64,000 bases of DNA from an uncultured virus (IMG/VR IMGVR_UViG_3300013232_000195) (taxonomy: Duplodnaviria > Heunggongvirae > Uroviricota > Caudoviricetes): the IMG/VR virus record IMGVR_UViG_3300013232_000195, one strand, 5' to 3'. The notes under the pieces were generated by a model. The model had not been told where the DNA came from. It saw nothing but the letters and a program-made list of their open reading frames with translations, and ran no database searches. Below are positions 9,800 to 18,825 of the stretch, in pieces (positions within the stretch are counted from its first letter, which is position 1; every line of letters begins with the position of its first letter). Made by a program: the position numbers and the translations under genes.

Positions 9800-11164
9800 G
9801 GAAGTCAAGCAAGCCATCCTTGATCTTCATGAGGGTTTTCATGCTCTTAACGAGCTACTTGAGACGCGGCAAAAGCGCATCGTTGAGTTGGAGGCCCGTA
9901 TCGTCGAATTTAAGGAGTACATCAAAAAGATCGACATGATCCACAGGAACGAAGAGGCCTTGAGGAACAAAGAGATTTCTGACATGCTGGACGTGTTCGC
10001 GAAGATCGAGATGGCGCTACGTGACGAGGGTTCCGCGTACGCCTTCATCGAGAGGCCAGGTTTGGACGCGCTCCGTTCCATCACCGCAAGAGGAAGGTAG
10101 CATGGGCAGCTTCCCTTCAATCCATGACGATGATATTGCCAAGGCGCTTGCCGCCAAGGCTCACATGGATGCTTGCAGGGCCGAGGCTGGAGTCGAAGAC
10201 AATGATGTTTTGTTCGAGTGGATCAAGCAAGCCAAGGCTCGGATGCGGGCTGATGCTATGGAGATTTCAGAACTAAAAACACATGAGGCATGGGTGTCCG
10301 CAAAAGAGTCTAGGGTGGCTAAAATGGTAGCACAGATCAAGTCTTTCGTCAGAATGCTTGAGACAAAGGAGTAATCATGGATTCGTTTGACGCCTTCTGT
10401 CTGTTCCTTGGGAAAGCCGCCTTGGCGCTGGCCGTGTTCTTCGTTCTGGCTACGGTAGGGACGCTTTTTACATCTTGGGTGATTACAAAGGTGTTTGGAA
10501 AAGACAAGGTTGATTCAGACACCAAGATGGTTGAGCGCATGGTATCCCTTCTGTCGGCCAATGAAGCCCTCTTGGCAGAAAAGAAAATCGCTCAAGAAGG
10601 AGATAAGAAATGACGGCTATGGATACAGAAAAGAAACCCAAGGTCGAGGTTGGATGGCTCCTTGAGCTGATGGACTTGACTCCTGGAGACGTGCATTCCG
10701 CTGGGTGGCTTTGCACGTGTCCTGGCTCTGGCCGAATTCAGTTTGCTTGCGTCCCCGAATGGGCATTGCGATTTGCCAGGAAAGAAGATGCCGAGGCCAT
10801 GGGAAAGATCCTCTCAGAAAATAACATCGCCAATCCTGGCTTCGGGCATAAGTTCATGGCGACAGAACACGTTTGGGACAGCTAGGAGGAACCATGGCGC
10901 TGAAGAATTTGACGTCTTGGATATGCGACATCTGCGGAGCAGGGAAGACTGTCGATAAAAACAAGAACCCAGAAGGATGGGTGAAAATCTCGATCGAGGA
11001 TAGTTACGAAGAACGCTGTTGGCATGACAAGGTGGTCTGTGAGAGTTGTTTGTCACTCATCGACAAGGCTCGCAAAAAGACTGAAAAACTTCGTCCATTC
11101 TCGCGTGGTACTGGTCCCGTCCATATCAGTGGGCAGTCTGGCGTGAACTACGACTGAGGTTCCA

Positions 11165-11440
11165 ATGATCTGCTTGCGCTGCGGACACTGCTGTTTGACC
11201 TCCATGGTCGTCATCGTTGACGACCCGAACAAGGGCATCAAGGAAGGCAATCTTAAGGCGATCAACGCCCTTGAAGAGCCGTGTCCGCATCTTCAAGGAG
11301 GCAAGCCAGGCGAGTACTCTTGCGCGATCCATGGGAAGAAGTGGTACAAGAAGACCCCATGCTTCTCTCACGGACAGATCGAGAGGGGAAACCAGAAGTG
11401 TCGGATGGGTGAATACATCCTCAGAAAGGGTAAAGCATGA
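11165..11440 (+). CDS. YkgJ-family (CxxCxxCC) cysteine-cluster protein
   Basis: CLRCGHCC...PCPHL...CAIH...PC. Confidence 0.75.
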   Translation: MICLRCGHCCLTSMVVIVDDPNKGIKEGNLKAINALEEPCPHLQGGKPGEYSCAIHGKKWYKKTPCFSHGQIERGNQKCRMGEYILRKGKA

Positions 11441-11787
11441 TTGGCCTCGTGGCGTTGCTGATACTCGCCTACGGACCACTGAACTGGTCATTCCCGTGGT
11501 GGGTCTGGCTGTTGTGCATTCTGTTCGGTGGCGTGTCCATGACAGTCAAAAACAGGGGGAGAAATGAAGATTAAAATTGACACTTTCGTTGAGAAGAAGA
11601 TGGCTGGAGCCATAAATGACTATGCGGAGGTTCCCGCATGGGTTGCTGACTTTGAAGACTGCGGCGTGTGTGGAGACAGGCTCGGGTTGAATGGAAAGGT
11701 TGTTGTCGCCAGCCTCGATTTTGCCGACGGGCATGGAGAGAATAAGTTCTTTCATAAGGCGTGCTTTGAAGAGGCCACGAAGAAGCG

Positions 11788-12735
11788 CTAGCCAGACACG
11801 ACCCACTTGACCTCTTTGAGCGCGTCCAGTTTGTCGCCGCCAGCATAGGACACGCTGCTTCTGAGGTTCTGCTCGATCTCCTTCAGCTTGTCCTCAATTG
11901 ATCCTCTGAACGGGATCTCTATCCTGCATCCCTCCACGTATTCCTTCGCGCCCTTGTTGTGTTCGCTGGCCGATCCGAAGTACTCCTTGGTTATGCGACC
12001 ATCCTCGTGGATGATCTTCTTCCCAGGCGACTCCTCGAACCCCGCAAGAAGACGTCCAACCATGACCATCTTTGCCCCAGCTACGAGCGCCTTGGCGATG
12101 TCTCCGTTCTCGACCACTCCACCATCCGCGATGACTGGAACCTTGACGGCCTTGGAACATGTAAGGACTGCCGAAAACTGTGGTCTGGAGAAGCCAGTCT
12201 TCAGCTTGGTATGACATACGGAGCCAGGGCCAACCCCGACCTTGACGGCATCTGCTCCCCATGTTTCCAGGTCTTTTGCGCCCTCCTCCGTGCAAACGTT
12301 GCCAGCTATAAGGAAGCTATCTGGAAGGGTATTCTTTATGTGATTGATCATGGATTGCATCTTGAAGCAATGCCCATGCGCGATGTCGATCGTTATGTAA
12401 TGCGGGTCGACCTTGGCATCGGCAAGGCGAGTGACGATGGCGCGGCTGTCATCGTTCACTCCAACGGAGATGCTCACGCAGAGGTTCTCCGCGTTCATGT
12501 CGGAGGCGAACTTGAAGGTGTCCACCCCGAACCGATGCATGATGTAGAAATACCCGTGAAGGGCAAGCCATTCTGCCATGGACTCGTCGATCACGGTCTT
12601 CATGTTCGCTGGGACGACGGGCAGCTTGAAGGTACTCTTGCCCAGCGTGCAGCGTAGGTCCACGCATTCCCGTGACCGAACCATTGAGAACTTGGGGAGA
12701 AGAAGCACGTCTTTGTAATGCAGTTCGCGTTCCAT
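11788..12735 (-). CDS. guaC: GMP reductase (IMPDH/GMPR family)
   Basis: [53 protein letters not shown]; start at MERELH after GGAGG. Confidence 0.9.
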   Translation of the reverse strand: MERELHYKDVLLLPKFSMVRSRECVDLRCTLGKSTFKLPVVPANMKTVIDESMAEWLALHGYFYIMHRFGVDTFKFASDMNAENLCVSISVGVNDDSRAIVTRLADAKVDPHYITIDIAHGHCFKMQSMINHIKNTLPDSFLIAGNVCTEEGAKDLETWGADAVKVGVGPGSVCHTKLKTGFSRPQFSAVLTCSKAVKVPVIADGGVVENGDIAKALVAGAKMVMVGRLLAGFEESPGKKIIHEDGRITKEYFGSASEHNKGAKEYVEGCRIEIPFRGSIEDKLKEIEQNLRSSVSYAGGDKLDALKEVKWVVSG

Positions 12736-12827
12736 GTTGCCTCCACTGGCATTATATGACCACCCTAAAGCAACACAACCCAATATAGCCTGCAAACATC
12801 AAGTGCTATTTTTTTCTAAAATTCTTG

Positions 12828-12855
12828 TTGCGCCGTGCCTGGGAGATGGTATATT
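12828..12855 (+). promoter_or_regulatory. Promoter for the Y-RNA-like leader and Ro60
   Basis: TTGCGC-N16-TATATT with TG extension and CGTGCC in the spacer. Confidence 0.6.
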
Positions 12856-12860
12856 CCCCT

Positions 12861-12924
12861 TAGCCGAATGCGGCTGAGTCTACATCTACCATGATAAGAT
12901 GACTCAGCAAAACTTTGTCGGCTA
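12861..12924 (+). ncRNA. Minimal Y-RNA-like Ro60-binding stem
   Basis: TAGCCGA/TCGGCTA closing helix; GCCGAATG matches the bacterial Y RNA GNCGAAN0-1G motif; GCTGAGTC/GACTCAGC helix; directly upstream of the TROVE gene. Confidence 0.7.
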
Positions 12925-13048
12925 CATTCAAGAAGAGGGGATCTTGGGCTTCCAGCCTGGGATCAAAAGTTCCGTTCGGAACAGAATGTAGCGAAAAAGG
13001 TAAGCATTCAAAGATAGATGCGCGGCATTCCGCGCAAGGAGGCCAGTC

Positions 13049-14683
13049 ATGGCTAACAAGAATCTGTTTGGTTCCCAGCGGTGGTCCACGCCTCAGGCGG
13101 ACACGACCAACGAGGCCGGAGGCAAGGCGTATTCCTTGACTCCCGAGCAGGCGCTCGCCCAGTATGTTTGCACGGGCTGCCTCAACAACACCTATTACGC
13201 CAAGGGCGAAGAGCAGCTTGACTTCGTCAAGCAGACCGTCAACAAGGTCAGCGACGAGTTCCTCGCGTCCCTCGCCGTGTACGGTCGTCGGAAGGCTGGC
13301 ATGAAGGACATGCCCGCGCTCGTCCTCGCGTTGCTCGCCTCCAAGAAGACCCCGAAGGCCACTTCGTTGTTCGAGAAGTCCTTCAGGAAGGTCGTGGACA
13401 ACGGCAAGATGTTGAGGACCTTCGTCCAGATCGTCCGCTCTGGCCAGACGGGCCGCAAGTCGTTCGGCAGCTCCGTCAAGCGAGCAATCAACAAGTTCCT
13501 GACCTCTAGGAAGCCCGACCAGCTCTTCCGTGACACCGTCGGCGAGTCCCCGTCGCTCAAGGACATCGTCCGCATGGTTCACCCGAAGTTCGAGGACGAG
13601 TCTCTCAACCAGATGGTTCGTCGAGAGCTTGGCCTTGACTACGAGGCGAAGAAGCTGCCGAAGCTGATGCGCGACTACGAGAAGTTCATCAAGGCCCTCG
13701 CGTCTGGAGATGCGGAGGACATGACTCCGCCAGACGTGGACTTCCGTCTGCTCACTGGTCACTCGTTGACGAAGGAGCATTGGAAGAAGATCGCCATGAA
13801 CGCTTGTTCTCACAAGCGGGTCCAGATGGTGATCGGTAACCTGAACACGTTCAAGCGCCACGATGCGCTGGACGAGGACGTCGCTCGCGCCATCGAGAAG
13901 ATGTTGAAGGACGAGACGGCTATTTGCGGGACGCCAGAGCATCCGTCGCGGCTCTTCCCGTACAAGCTGTGGACGGCCTACAACTTCGCCGAGGAGATGC
14001 CGACTCGGATCATGCGTGGGTTGGCAGCGGCGATCGACTTGTCGTTGTCCAACATCCCTGAGTTCAAGGGGAAGATCGTCGTATGCCCAGACGTCTCGGG
14101 TTCGATGTCTTCCGCCATCACTGGGGATCGCGGGACGGCGACCACGAAGGTCACGTGTCGTCACCTGGCGGCATTGATCAGCGCCGTGTTCTTGAAGAAG
14201 AACCCGGACAACACGACGATCATCCCGTTCGCTGATCGTCTGTTCCTTGACATCGCCAAGGAGTTTGATCCATTGGACACCGTGGCGACGAACGTGGAGA
14301 GGATCAATAATCTGCCTGGTGGAGGGACGGACGTCCACCTCCCGCTGGAACACATCAATCGGCGGGGCATGACGCCCGACTTGGTCGTGTACGTCAGCGA
14401 CATGCAGTCGTGGATTGACAGCCACCCGGGCTACGGCTTTGGCCAGATCACTGGGGCCATGTCGGAGTGGAACACGCTGAAGAAGCGGAGCCCGAAGGCC
14501 AAGGTAATCTGGATCAACCTTCAGGCCAGTGGTTCGGTTCAGGTCCCGAACCGCCCAGACGCCCTGAACATCGGAGGGTTCTCTGACTCCGTGTTCGAGG
14601 CCATGAACGCCTTCTGCCGCTCGAAGGACCCGAATGAGTGGGTGAAGGAGATCAAGGCGTACTGGAGCCCATCGGCGGACTAA
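13049..14683 (+). CDS. Ro60/Rsr-like TROVE-domain RNA-binding protein with vWA domain
   Basis: NEAGGKAY, DNGKMLRTFVQI, PSLKDIVRMVHPK, DVSGSM MIDAS, GGGTD, SDMQSW, IGGFSDSVF. Confidence 0.93.
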   Translation: MANKNLFGSQRWSTPQADTTNEAGGKAYSLTPEQALAQYVCTGCLNNTYYAKGEEQLDFVKQTVNKVSDEFLASLAVYGRRKAGMKDMPALVLALLASKKTPKATSLFEKSFRKVVDNGKMLRTFVQIVRSGQTGRKSFGSSVKRAINKFLTSRKPDQLFRDTVGESPSLKDIVRMVHPKFEDESLNQMVRRELGLDYEAKKLPKLMRDYEKFIKALASGDAEDMTPPDVDFRLLTGHSLTKEHWKKIAMNACSHKRVQMVIGNLNTFKRHDALDEDVARAIEKMLKDETAICGTPEHPSRLFPYKLWTAYNFAEEMPTRIMRGLAAAIDLSLSNIPEFKGKIVVCPDVSGSMSSAITGDRGTATTKVTCRHLAALISAVFLKKNPDNTTIIPFADRLFLDIAKEFDPLDTVATNVERINNLPGGGTDVHLPLEHINRRGMTPDLVVYVSDMQSWIDSHPGYGFGQITGAMSEWNTLKKRSPKAKVIWINLQASGSVQVPNRPDALNIGGFSDSVFEAMNAFCRSKDPNEWVKEIKAYWSPSAD

Positions 14684-14700
14684 CGTACAAGCAATGTAGA

Positions 14701-14730
14701 AAGAGGGCCACGCTTTCGCGTGGCCCTCTT
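14701..14730. terminator. Bidirectional intrinsic terminator after Ro60
   Basis: AAGAGGGCCACGC-TTTC-GCGTGGCCCTCTT perfect hairpin with T-rich tails on both strands. Confidence 0.8.
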
Positions 14731-14801
14731 GTTTTCACTGCAAGTGGCACATTCACTACGTAGTGAAGCTTGACAGAAGAGGGAGATGTGGTATTACTTT
14801 C

Positions 14802-14873
14802 GTGTGGCTCGGTCGCCCAAAGGGCCGCGTTGATGCTTTGGGTACCCCTCAATGAAAGTTGAGGGGTTTTTTT
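14802..14873 (+). ncRNA. Candidate small pseudoknot RNA with its own promoter and terminator
   Basis: TTGACA(14770)-N16-TATTAC; stem1 14802-10/14822-30; stem2 14815-21/14837-43; terminator ACCCCTCAA/TTGAGGGGT followed by a T-run. Confidence 0.5.
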
Positions 14874-14874
14874 A

Positions 14875-15351
14875 TTACACGAAGTCCCATCGGTCATATG
14901 GATTCGGAAGTTCTGGCTCTTCTGGAACTGGGTCATTCTCTTCTGGGTCTTCGTTGTCATACATCGACCAATGACTTGGAGATAGCCCAAAACCACCAGA
15001 CACAGACATCGCTCCAGGTGGCATAAATCCAGAGCCTAAAAACGAATTGGCATATATTACGCCACTTACAGCGCCAGTCTCGAATATGTCGCCATTCATG
15101 TTCGGCTCATTTGCGCCAGCAAGGAGTACCGATACTGTCCCCTTTTCTTCAAACGTTTCCAGGGCCACGCCTATTGACTTGGTGAGGCCATCGGCATTCT
15201 TCATTGGCGATACCGTGCCATCAGCATTCATGTAAAGCATGTCACCAGCCTTGATCGGAGCGTTCTTGGCCATGTCCACCTCAATGGTGGTCTTTTCGAT
15301 CTTCATGTTTAAGGTGTATCCGTCGTTAATCGTGTAAGTCTCGGCACTCAT
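14875..15351 (-). CDS. DUF2190/capsid-cement-like domain protein
   Basis: IKAGDMLYMNADG...SIGVALE...GTVSVLL. Confidence 0.5.
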   Translation of the reverse strand: MSAETYTINDGYTLNMKIEKTTIEVDMAKNAPIKAGDMLYMNADGTVSPMKNADGLTKSIGVALETFEEKGTVSVLLAGANEPNMNGDIFETGAVSGVIYANSFLGSGFMPPGAMSVSGGFGLSPSHWSMYDNEDPEENDPVPEEPELPNPYDRWDFV

Positions 15352-15420
15352 GCCAAAGGCCCCCCTTTCCTTTCATTATACGCGTGATATACTCAAGGTA
15401 GAAAGGAAGGGTAGCAACCG

Positions 15421-15858
15421 ATGAACAAGTCAGCCGAGTTCAAGTTGAAGCTGGCATGCGTGAGTACAGCCGCCTACGGGCTGAATGCCAGCTTGGACAT
15501 GCACGTGAGGATGTGTCCTCCCCCAGTCAGGTCTGCCATGAGAGGAGTCGTCTCGGCGCTAGGACAGAAGGGCGTGGAGATGATGTACGAACAGTCATGC
15601 AAGCTATTGAAGGCCATGGACGCGGCATTCAACAAGAAGTCAAAGATCTACGCGATGAAGGGCTTCAAGGGAGAGCCAGTGAGGGACTGGTACCTGCGAC
15701 TCAAGCTCTTTCTCATAGACTCGAACCAGATAGAAGACAAGAACATGACGGCCTGGTTCAAGACGGAGGAAGGGAAGCATACGCTTGACATGGTTCGGTT
15801 CGCCGTGTTCCACATCGCCGAGGAACTCGTCGAAGAGGCTGAGAAAAATGACGATTGA
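15421..15858 (+). CDS. Hypothetical protein
   Basis: RBS-preceded ORF heading a gene run. Confidence 0.65.
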   Translation: MNKSAEFKLKLACVSTAAYGLNASLDMHVRMCPPPVRSAMRGVVSALGQKGVEMMYEQSCKLLKAMDAAFNKKSKIYAMKGFKGEPVRDWYLRLKLFLIDSNQIEDKNMTAWFKTEEGKHTLDMVRFAVFHIAEELVEEAEKNDD

Positions 15859-16708
15859 CCAGAAGATACTCACTGCCGCGTCGGACTTGATGTCTCGGCT
15901 AGACTCGTCTGGGGCGCTGTCGCTTCCTGGCTTGGACGTGAAGAAGGTCGGCGACAAGTACTTCATCAAGGACGCCGAGTTGCCGAAGCTTGCCATCGAG
16001 GCCGTCTTGCTTGACGTCCTCGGGACGGATACCTCTCTGCTTGACGCGACGACTTGCAAGACCCTTCACACCGACGAGCGCCTTGCGTTCCTAGGGCTGG
16101 AGGGACAGCCTCCTCAAATCATGGCCTTGTTCGTTAGGCGGGCAGAGAACTTGTCCGCGAAGCTGGCAAACCTTTCTGCTTACACAAAGGTTTTGTCCGA
16201 GATGATGTATGCAAGTGGTGATACGTACTCGTGGGAGACGATGATAGAAGTTCCACTGCAAATCACGGGCTTGGTAAAAGACGGCTTTATTTTCACGAAG
16301 ATCGTTAAGCGGACGCGCTCATACACGGCAGAAGTAAGGCGGCTGGTCAAGTATGAGTACGATCCGAGACAGGAATGTACTAGGACTTCTGATTTTCATC
16401 CCAGGAAGCTTGTCCCCGGCGACCCGTGGCTCGTGAACCCGAAGTATTATCAGTCCTTCCGTATCAAATACAAGACGTTTCAAAAGGACGAGTTGATTAA
16501 TAAGATTATCAGTCCAAAGGTTGTTACCGTTCGATATGCGATGAGAGACTGGGAAATCAACTACGATGCATGTTACTGCGACTTAACCGAGTACGAGTTC
16601 CTTCGCTTGCTGGCTCAAGATGCCATTTCTCGCGGAGGCGACACGTCCGATCTACCAGAACTGTTCGAGAGCATCAACCTAAAGACCGTGGCGGAGAAGT
16701 TCAAATGA
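15848..16708 (+). CDS. Hypothetical protein
   Basis: Start at MTIDQK overlapping the upstream gene. Confidence 0.65.
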   Translation: MTIDQKILTAASDLMSRLDSSGALSLPGLDVKKVGDKYFIKDAELPKLAIEAVLLDVLGTDTSLLDATTCKTLHTDERLAFLGLEGQPPQIMALFVRRAENLSAKLANLSAYTKVLSEMMYASGDTYSWETMIEVPLQITGLVKDGFIFTKIVKRTRSYTAEVRRLVKYEYDPRQECTRTSDFHPRKLVPGDPWLVNPKYYQSFRIKYKTFQKDELINKIISPKVVTVRYAMRDWEINYDACYCDLTEYEFLRLLAQDAISRGGDTSDLPELFESINLKTVAEKFK

Positions 16709-17245
16709 GCGATTACGACGAATACCAGACGAGTCGAAACTATAACCTTGTCAATTCATGGCATGAGGGTGACCTTGCGACAGGGCAAGATGGTAACTAT
16801 ATCGAACGTTGGCCGTCCAAAATTGGTGAGCGCCGTGGTGTTTCCGTGGACGTTTTGACTTGGGTTGGGACAGATTCTGGCGCGAAGCATTTCAAGGTAA
16901 GTATCGAGGAAGTCGACAACCAGTTCTGGTCAGAGAAGAGAAACATGTGGGTCAGGGTTTTGTGTCACAACGGTTCGCGTGGACTCAGTCTGGGCGCGAA
17001 CGTGTTGTCGTCTAAGGACGCCGTGAAGCTGGCGAAGACGTACATGAAAATGATCGATCCAACAGGAAAGACTCATGTCTTCGTTTGGAAATGGACTGGA
17101 TCCGAGAGGCCACGTTGGATTAGGAGATAAAACATGACATACAGTGACAAACTCGGTTGGATTTGGTTCTTTGGTCTGCCGACTGGGCTAGCAGTGTTCG
17201 TGTTAGTCTTGTGGCTCAGCGGCAACTTACACTAAGAGGCTTCAG

Positions 17246-17665
17246 ATGAGGCTCATTCTCTGCTGCGCGATCTTCGTTCCGTGCATGGCCTGGGGGGCTT
17301 CTTGTCAGCCTTGGACGGTGAGGATCGTCTATCCGCAAACGTCCCAGCAAATTCGGTACGTGCCAAAGCCAAAGGCCAAGTACGTTCAGAAGGCTTGCTC
17401 AAGACAAGAACCAAAACAAGAGCCAAAACAAGAACCAGTTTGGGTACCACCAAGCCCATCTTCGTTCGTCTCTGGAAGCGCTGAGAAGTCCGAGTTCGAT
17501 GATTACAAGCGATGGAAGGAAGAGTACGACCAGAGCGAGCCAGTCAAGGCCAAGAAACGCAAGGAACAAACAGAAGAGGCAAGAAAGGTCATCGTGAATG
17601 CTCTCGACGGGACCCCGAGGGAGCAGCCAGTCAAGAAAGAGAAACAAGATGAAGAAGAAGAGTGA
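17246..17665 (+). CDS. Putative secreted protein with QEPK repeats
   Basis: Hydrophobic N-terminus; tandem QEPKQEPKQEP. Confidence 0.6.
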   Translation: MRLILCCAIFVPCMAWGASCQPWTVRIVYPQTSQQIRYVPKPKAKYVQKACSRQEPKQEPKQEPVWVPPSPSSFVSGSAEKSEFDDYKRWKEEYDQSEPVKAKKRKEQTEEARKVIVNALDGTPREQPVKKEKQDEEEE

Positions 17666-17892
17666 AGAGATCCTCGTCCCAGTTGAGAATGTTTTCGAGA
17701 ACGGGTTTTTCAGGAAGAAGACTGGGACATTCGTATACAAAGTCATCTCGTCTAGCTCGGCCAAGTTCCTTAACCTATCTGACCAATACGTTTACGGCGT
17801 TACGCATAACGGTAACGTGGCTTCCGTGAAGAAAGGCACGCTTGTGGTACCGATGACCGTTCTTGGATTCCTAGATGTGTATATCAGACCTC

Positions 17893-18192
17893 TCAGCTCG
17901 GTCGAGGAGGGCGAGCTTGACCCGAACGTTGATTACGACGAGGAGTGTCCCCAATAGGCCAGCGCTTCTCCTCGTAAGCTTCCACCAGTCCAACCAACCT
18001 CTCCAACTCCTCGTACTCGACCGTCTCTGGCTGGGCCTCCCATAACTCTTCAATCCGAATCAAGGCGAGTTCGTGATCCTCATCGGAGCGCAAACGCTTC
18101 TCTTTGTGAAGCATGAGCAGCTTGTTTTCTCGTGCCTTGTCAACACACTCCATGTCACAGTTGTCGTTCGGGTCCCCGCAGTGGTGTGACAC
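17893..18192 (-). CDS. HigA-antitoxin N-terminal-like protein lacking the HTH
   Basis: RSDEDHELALIRIEELW...ELERLVGLVEAYEEKRWPI. Confidence 0.55.
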   Translation of the reverse strand: MSHHCGDPNDNCDMECVDKARENKLLMLHKEKRLRSDEDHELALIRIEELWEAQPETVEYEELERLVGLVEAYEEKRWPIGDTPRRNQRSGQARPPRPS

Positions 18193-18825
18193 GTTTGTCC
18201 TCCTATGAGAACCGCGTACCGATCATGTCCGTGAATTCGATCGGACAGTCGTTGATTATGGCGATGAACTCTTTGTGGGTGTACTCGCGCCCGTACTCGT
18301 CGCGTACACATTCGAGCCATTTTCGTGTCTTTGATATACGCAGGGCTTCCTTCTTGGGCATGGCCCAAGAGAACGAGCAACAGCTCGTTACCCCTTTCTT
18401 CGTCGTGAGGCTTTTGTTAAAGCCTAGCTCTCGGCCAATGGCCCCCTCGTCGATTTCTTCGTTCGGGGGACGTTTGCCACACTTGGGACATTTCTTATGC
18501 CAAGTCACATCCCGCCGTGACCATTCGTTCTCCGCCACGGCAGAGAAGCCGTTCTTTGACAAGCCGCCTCGGCAGGCTATGAGATGCTCATGCTCTTTCT
18601 TTTTTTCTTCTTCGTTCGGGGGCAGTTTGCAGTAATGGACGTACTTCTCCCCGTCTGCGCAGAACGTTTGCTTGCAGTCCCAGCAATACCAACCAGCGGC
18701 TGACCGCTTACCAATGTGTCCGCCGCTACTGAAGTAGAAGTTCGTGCCCATGTTCTTCCTCCAGTTCCAACTATACACTTGAACGTGCCTCAAGTCAAGG
18801 TATACTGTATCCTAGGAGGCACAAA

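Noticed and set aside
12860..14425. 521-aa minus-strand ORF
   Set aside because: Antisense shadow of the Ro60 gene caused by codon bias; no recognisable motifs
14802..14843. Guanidine-III, preQ1 or SAM-II riboswitch
   Set aside because: Similar topology, but the conserved ligand-binding nucleotides are absent and no same-strand gene follows
17405..17437. 12-bp tandem repeat as a regulatory element
   Set aside because: It simply encodes QEPK linker repeats within a CDS
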